Shown here: one piece after another, positions 59,014-64,000 of the stretch
Layout of the letters: every line of letters begins with the position of its first letter
How positions within the stretch are numbered: the first letter of the stretch is position 1
Source of the DNA: Dimorphilus gyrociliatus
Lineage: Eukaryota > Animalia > Annelida
DNA: 64,000 nucleotides
Direction of reading: 5' to 3'
Assembly: GCA_904063045.1 (NCBI GenBank)
Contig: CAJFCJ010000014.1
Span: 1,113,643 to 1,177,642 of the forward strand
Notes under the pieces: model-generated
Databases searched by the model: none
What the model was told of the DNA's origin: nothing
The model's input: only the letters and a program-made list of their open reading frames with translations
Made by a program: the position numbers and the translations under genes

Positions 59014-62000
59014 GAGGGAGGAAAGAGAATGAATAATAACCATAAAAAAATAAAAAGTTAAATTAAACTATTAACCCAATTTCTCTTTATAAAGTTACAA
59101 AGTTAACGCTGTTTCTCCCTTTTTCCCTTTTATTAAAAAGAATAATAAATAATTTTGAACAAATAAAAATCCAGAAGTAAAACTATCAACCTTTCAAAAA
59201 ATAGACGTCTCATAAAAATTGAATATTGAACACGTTTTTTTTATTATGAAACTTTTAAAAAGAGGGTTCAAAGTTTCACAATCTTTTAAAAATGTCAACG
59301 GCAAAAATGGTAGTTCATGTAATTCAAAACTACGACTTCTTCCCCTTTTTGTATATGTCTAAATAAGAAATCGTTTAATAGAACAACAAGGGGCTTCTTT
59401 AAAGCAATGCGCACCGTTTAATGCTTCCTTTTATCTCTTTTAAAAAGAAAGCAGAGAAGTATAGAGAGGGCAGGGGGTATGGAAGAGTATACGGAAAGGG
59501 AATTGAATTGAAAGGAAAATCGGTACCAGTTCGGCACGCGTTTGGGTCGTATCCTATGAAGGAATCTCGTCTATCTGGAAATCTAAGGTAGTTTATCTTA
59601 AGAAAATTAACCGAGATAAGTCTTTATCGTAAAGGAACAATGCATTTAGAAAAATGGCAGGTGTGCACTAGTTGATTCTAATTTGTCTTTGTACCTTTTC
59701 GTAATTATTTCCTTTCTTTCAACGCCTTTTTGCAATATCTAACCATCGGATAGTTTGGAATTTCTTGCCGTTATAAATACTTGAATAAATTCCTAAATTA
59801 GCCTCCCACCGACTCTCGCTCGTTAATTCCCTTGATTTTATTATAGGATTGGGCGCATTCCTAAGCCGTATCTAGTCTTGAAGAAGAGGGTGGGAAGGAA
59901 TCAAGTGCAAAATATTGAGAAAACGTGCCTTTTAACATCCGTGCATATTAGTAAAGAGAATAGGAACTTTCGCGTACCGGAAGTAATACATAGGTGAGAC
60001 GGAAGACTAAAAGGGATAGAAAGCTAAAAATGTATACAAATGTATAATCCGAGCCGGTGCACCGAGAATAAACCCACCCTTCTCTGTTCTCCTTTCTTCC
60101 CTGAAAAAATAAAAAAATAAATAGAAACGGTACACCGCCTTTATCCAACATCAAATAGGAAACCCGGCCCACCGACGTTCAAAAAGGTAAAGTAAGAATA
60201 GACTGGTATCTAGGGCAACAAACGAACGGAAAAACAAAAAAAAGAGAGAGGCAATGAGTAAGAAGGAAAGATGAACATAAAAAGGAATAGAGAAGAATTT
60301 TTAATCCTTTGTTTTAAAACCGACAGTATTAAATACTTTTTGATAGAAAAAAAAGGTATTCGTACTGTTTATACTTTTATAGTCTCTCATTTCTCTTATC
60401 TTACTTTCTATTTCTCCCATTTCCATTCTGTCATTCCCTATCTATCTTTTTTTGTTGCGTATTTTTAACCTTTCGTCTAGTATTTCAGACCAAAAACTTT
60501 TACGGGAGGGGTGACATTTTGTTAAAAGAGGGTTTTATCACTTTTTATGTAGATATACGGATCTATTCCGGAAAGGCGATAGTCCCTATTGCCCGTAAGC
60601 GAACTTTGAAAATCCTCTGAACAAATAGTATGCTCTTTAACGCGTTTTTTTTCCTCAATTTTATTCAATCCCTTGAATAAGACCCGGTTTAAAAAATAAC
60701 AGCCTTATCCCTACTCACACCTATTCCTCTTTTCCTTCCTATTCGTTTCAAGTTTCTCTTAAATTTTCGAGTTTAAAACATAGTCCCCGCCCAACCCATC
60801 AAATTTCTTTACTAAAAATTCTAGTATAGTGTTACTATTATTGTTATTTTGTATATTTCTAAAAAATTTTTATAGAGCATTAAAATGTAATTAAAATAGA
60901 ACCCCTGTGAATTTTTGTAATTAACCTCTCTGAGGTAAACATACAATATAGTGTACACACTTTTACATACATGTGTTGATTCTAAAATAATCGTTTTATT
61001 TAATAGTTTTCTGTATTTGAAAACATTAGAGGGAGTCTAGTATACTATTGGTAAAACTATTAATATACCCGGCTACGAACCGATTAGAATCTCAAATATA
61101 GTTACTTATTTCTCTTTTTTATGTAAAATTCGCCCGAAAAACTTTAAAATACAAATTTACGATATGCGTTAAATAGTTGCATATATGTTTATAGCATGTT
61201 TATAGTCTATAGTTTTTTTAGCATCGTTCAATACTATAATAATAAATATACTGCGATAAATTGTAAATTATATATATTACTCCGTGAAATATTCAAGGGA
61301 AAATTTAATCTTGTTTCATTCTCTCTCTTCTCTCTCTGTCTCTCTCTCTTTCTCTCTCTTTGTCAATCGCTAACTAAAATCTACTTTATCAAATGAAAGA
61401 AAATATGAATTGATTGAAATATTTGACAATTTTTCAGGCCGATCTAATAACGCTAGTGTTAATCATACTGGAGAGGATAACAAATGCAACTTTAAATAGA
61501 CGCATTTGAGCGCTATTCTTCGGTCAAATAGACTGAATTGGCATAATTTTTTTTTCACTACAACAACTACTATAAATTAAACTCGAAATAGCAATATAAA
61601 CACAAGTATAATGTATTAACTGAACTATAACGAAAATTTTTGTATTGGCGAGTTTTCGTTTGGTCTCAAATAACTTATAAGTATATTGTATTTATTTATA
61701 TAAGAGGTAACAGATGAGAGAGAGAGGGGGGGAGAGAGAGTGAGAGAGAGACAGACAGATAGACAGACTATGAAACAGAGAGTCTTAAGAGAGGGAGAGA
61801 CACGGAATAAAAAAGAGAAAAGTAAAGACAACATACAAAGTAGGCATAAGAGAGAAGGAGTGCGGGAGAGGGAGAAAAAAAAAAGAGAGAGAGAGAGATG
61901 GTATCAACCAGAAAAAAATAAAGGCCAATAAAACTAACCCTAAAACTTCTTTCAAGTAAATTTTTTTTAAGTTGTTACTGTTTAAACTAATATTCATCAA

Positions 62001-62312
62001 ATCAACTTTTCCATTAAATATATAATGTTTTGTAACTTTTTATTATTTAATCCGACTTCTTTTTATATATATATGTATATAAAAAACTAGTCCCAAACGA
62101 TTAATATAATCGTTTCTGACAAATAAGACAAACATTTTATTATAAATAATGCTTTCATATGGGAAGTTTATCAATTATTCCCTCTTTTCTTTCTGAAATT
62201 CGATGGTGTAGATAAAAAAAAGGCGGGTTATTTAAGTGATGATGAAGAGAAAATGGCGGTAGCTTTTGAAGAGAATTAACCCATTTGCTTCTAATTCAAA
62301 ACTCCTTTGATG

Positions 62313-64000
62313 TTACTGTAAAAGTAGTTTATATGCTAGTGGTACAAGAAATTAGTTGTATTACTTACATGCCTAATTGGGCCTTCTATGAAAGGATCGT
62401 ATACATCTTCAGGAAGATCGGTCAAATTTTTCAGATCAACTTCACTATTCATACCGTTTAAAACGTTTCGAATATGCTTCCTAATGAGCTCAGGATCGTA
62501 TCTTCCTGAATTAACGACATTCGAACAGCGTGGTAATTGATTAAAAGCCGAACAATCTATATTCTTATTTTGTTTATATTGTACAAGGTCAATGTAATTG
62601 CCTTTCGTTTCTGGCCCTTCTTCAAGTTCTTTTCGAGTGCAAGGATGGGATCCCATTTCACTTTTTTTCCGACAAATTAACCTTCTAATTTGCTTTTCAC
62701 TAAATCGATCTCCCGGACTGTAAAGGAATATTTAAACAATACAAACTCATAACTGAGAACGCATACAGGTATTTAAAAATATACAAATATTACTATGGCA
62801 TGCTTTATTTACTTAAAACAATCTTTATCGGCAGGAATCCAACATTCGTCGGTAGATTCCCAACTAGACCATTGGGGAATTACTCCGGTATATCTATTAC
62901 ATGTCCTACCACTGTAATCCGGATTACAAGAGCAATTAAAAGAAGATATCGTATTGATGCATACACCTTGATAGCTACAAGTCGGAGAATCCCTTCCGTC
63001 TGTTGAACTCGTACCTGAGCAATTTAATCCATTCTTTTCGCAAGTTTCTTCCGGTTGGCATTCATTAACATCCTCACAAGATGGATTCAAATTCCAAGCG
63101 TTACCCTAAAAAAAACAAACTGATAAAATTAAATGTTTACCAATTACATTCTCCTTAAAAATTGGTGTTTTTTTAAACTAGTAAAATCACTTGAAGTAGG
63201 CTTAATTTTAGTTAAAAAAAGAAAAGAGACAAATTTGTCTGTTGACATTTCTCAATAGCTATATCTACTGAAATTAAATATTTATAAAATTATATAGCAC
63301 TCACAGCAGTCCTTCTGGTAATCATACCGTCTTTACCATTACATATACAACGAAACCCGAATCTGGACTGAACGAAATGTTGACATTGACCATATTGGCA
63401 TTTAAGATTATGAAACTGATGACTAGGTTTTTCAATTTCGGAGCAAATATCAATTTTCGTTTCGCAAAACTTGCCGGTGTATGAAGCATGACAAACGCAC
63501 TCAGGTTTATCGTTCACCATTTGGCACTTGCCACCTAATCCACATCCATCATCAATGCCATCTCCTTTGTCAGGACGCTTGCAACCTTTCGTCGCTTGTA
63601 TTTTTTCATCTGTTTTTTATCATAAATTTGTTAACGATCACAGTAGGGGGGTGGGGCAGCCCTTGAGCAAAAAAATTAGATAGACGAGCATAACCCTGTT
63701 TTCTTCTGAAAGGCCTAGTATTGCAACAACTTTGCTCTAAATTGACCATTCTTTACCAGCAGGTACGCCCCGAAAAACATATACAAAAGACTTATTGTAA
63801 TTGAAAAAAAAGTAATACCTGGAAAGCAAACAGTCCGTTTGTATTGGCTTATTTCTTTGTAGCCAAATTTGCACATACAAAACACTTGTTTGTCAAACAA
63901 CGTAACCTCAGTTTTATTATCAATAATAAAGAATTTTGAATGATAATCTCTAAAAAAAATAGCTATAAGATTTTCTGTTCAATTTTAAAAGATCATAAGG
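62313..64000 (-). CDS. 3' end of an extracellular EGF-repeat / thrombospondin type-1 domain protein (identity unknown); starts beyond the right edge
   Basis: Exons at about 63819-63950, about 63305-63611, 62813-63105 and 62369-62717. EGF motifs (CVCHASYTGKFCE; DVNEC; CINTISSFNCSCNPDYSGRTC) and TSP1-like WSSW...C...QIRRLIC. Stop is either spliced TAA at 62313-62315 or unspliced TAG at 62336. Confidence 0.78.

Noticed and set aside
54200-62300. Possible clustered-protocadherin array of additional variable exons
   Set aside because: No long ORFs or cadherin motifs upstream; only one ectodomain exon is present.
63612-63818. Short open frames inside the roughly 200-bp intron of the EGF gene (possible extra exon or element fragment)
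   Set aside because: All phase-compatible frames hit stops; no supportable homology.
1-64000. Prokaryotic features (CRISPR arrays, operons, rho-independent terminators) and rRNA/tRNA genes
   Set aside because: The sequence is spliced eukaryotic DNA; no repeat-spacer arrays or structural RNA genes were recognisable.

Overview
AT-rich eukaryotic (animal) genomic DNA with very short introns (mostly about 50-70 bp GT-AG) and tight gene packing. This looks like a compact-genome invertebrate, probably a lophotrochozoan such as a miniaturised annelid (inference only). I spliced ten protein-coding genes by hand. (1) 5' part of an SRCIN1/KIAA1217 (p140Cap/AIP3-domain) gene, minus strand, running off the left edge. 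(2) POLR1H/RPA12. (3) A 25-kb giant obscurin/UNC-89-type muscle gene, minus strand: Ig2-Fn3x11-Ig-Fn3-Ig array-SH3-DH-PH-Ig-Fn3-kinase1-linker-Ig-Fn3-kinase2. (4) A reduced RanBP2/Nup358. (5) A TRIM-NHL E3 ligase with an intron-free CDS. (6) PPP1R36. (7) CDC26. (8) A small secreted or ER-luminal 14-Cys protein resembling the HRC C-terminal domain. (9) A 7-EC delta-type protocadherin. (10) The 3' end of an EGF/TSP1 extracellular protein running off the right edge. No tRNA, rRNA, CRISPR or transposon was recognisable. The most notable observations are the obscurin architecture (an N-terminal block of 11 uninterrupted Fn3 domains, a central RhoGEF, an intact kinase 1 and a D-to-N kinase 2), a Nup358 that keeps only its first TPR module and lacks cyclophilin, and the stand-alone HRC-like mini-protein. 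All exon structures and family calls come from manual reading and recall, not from database searches.
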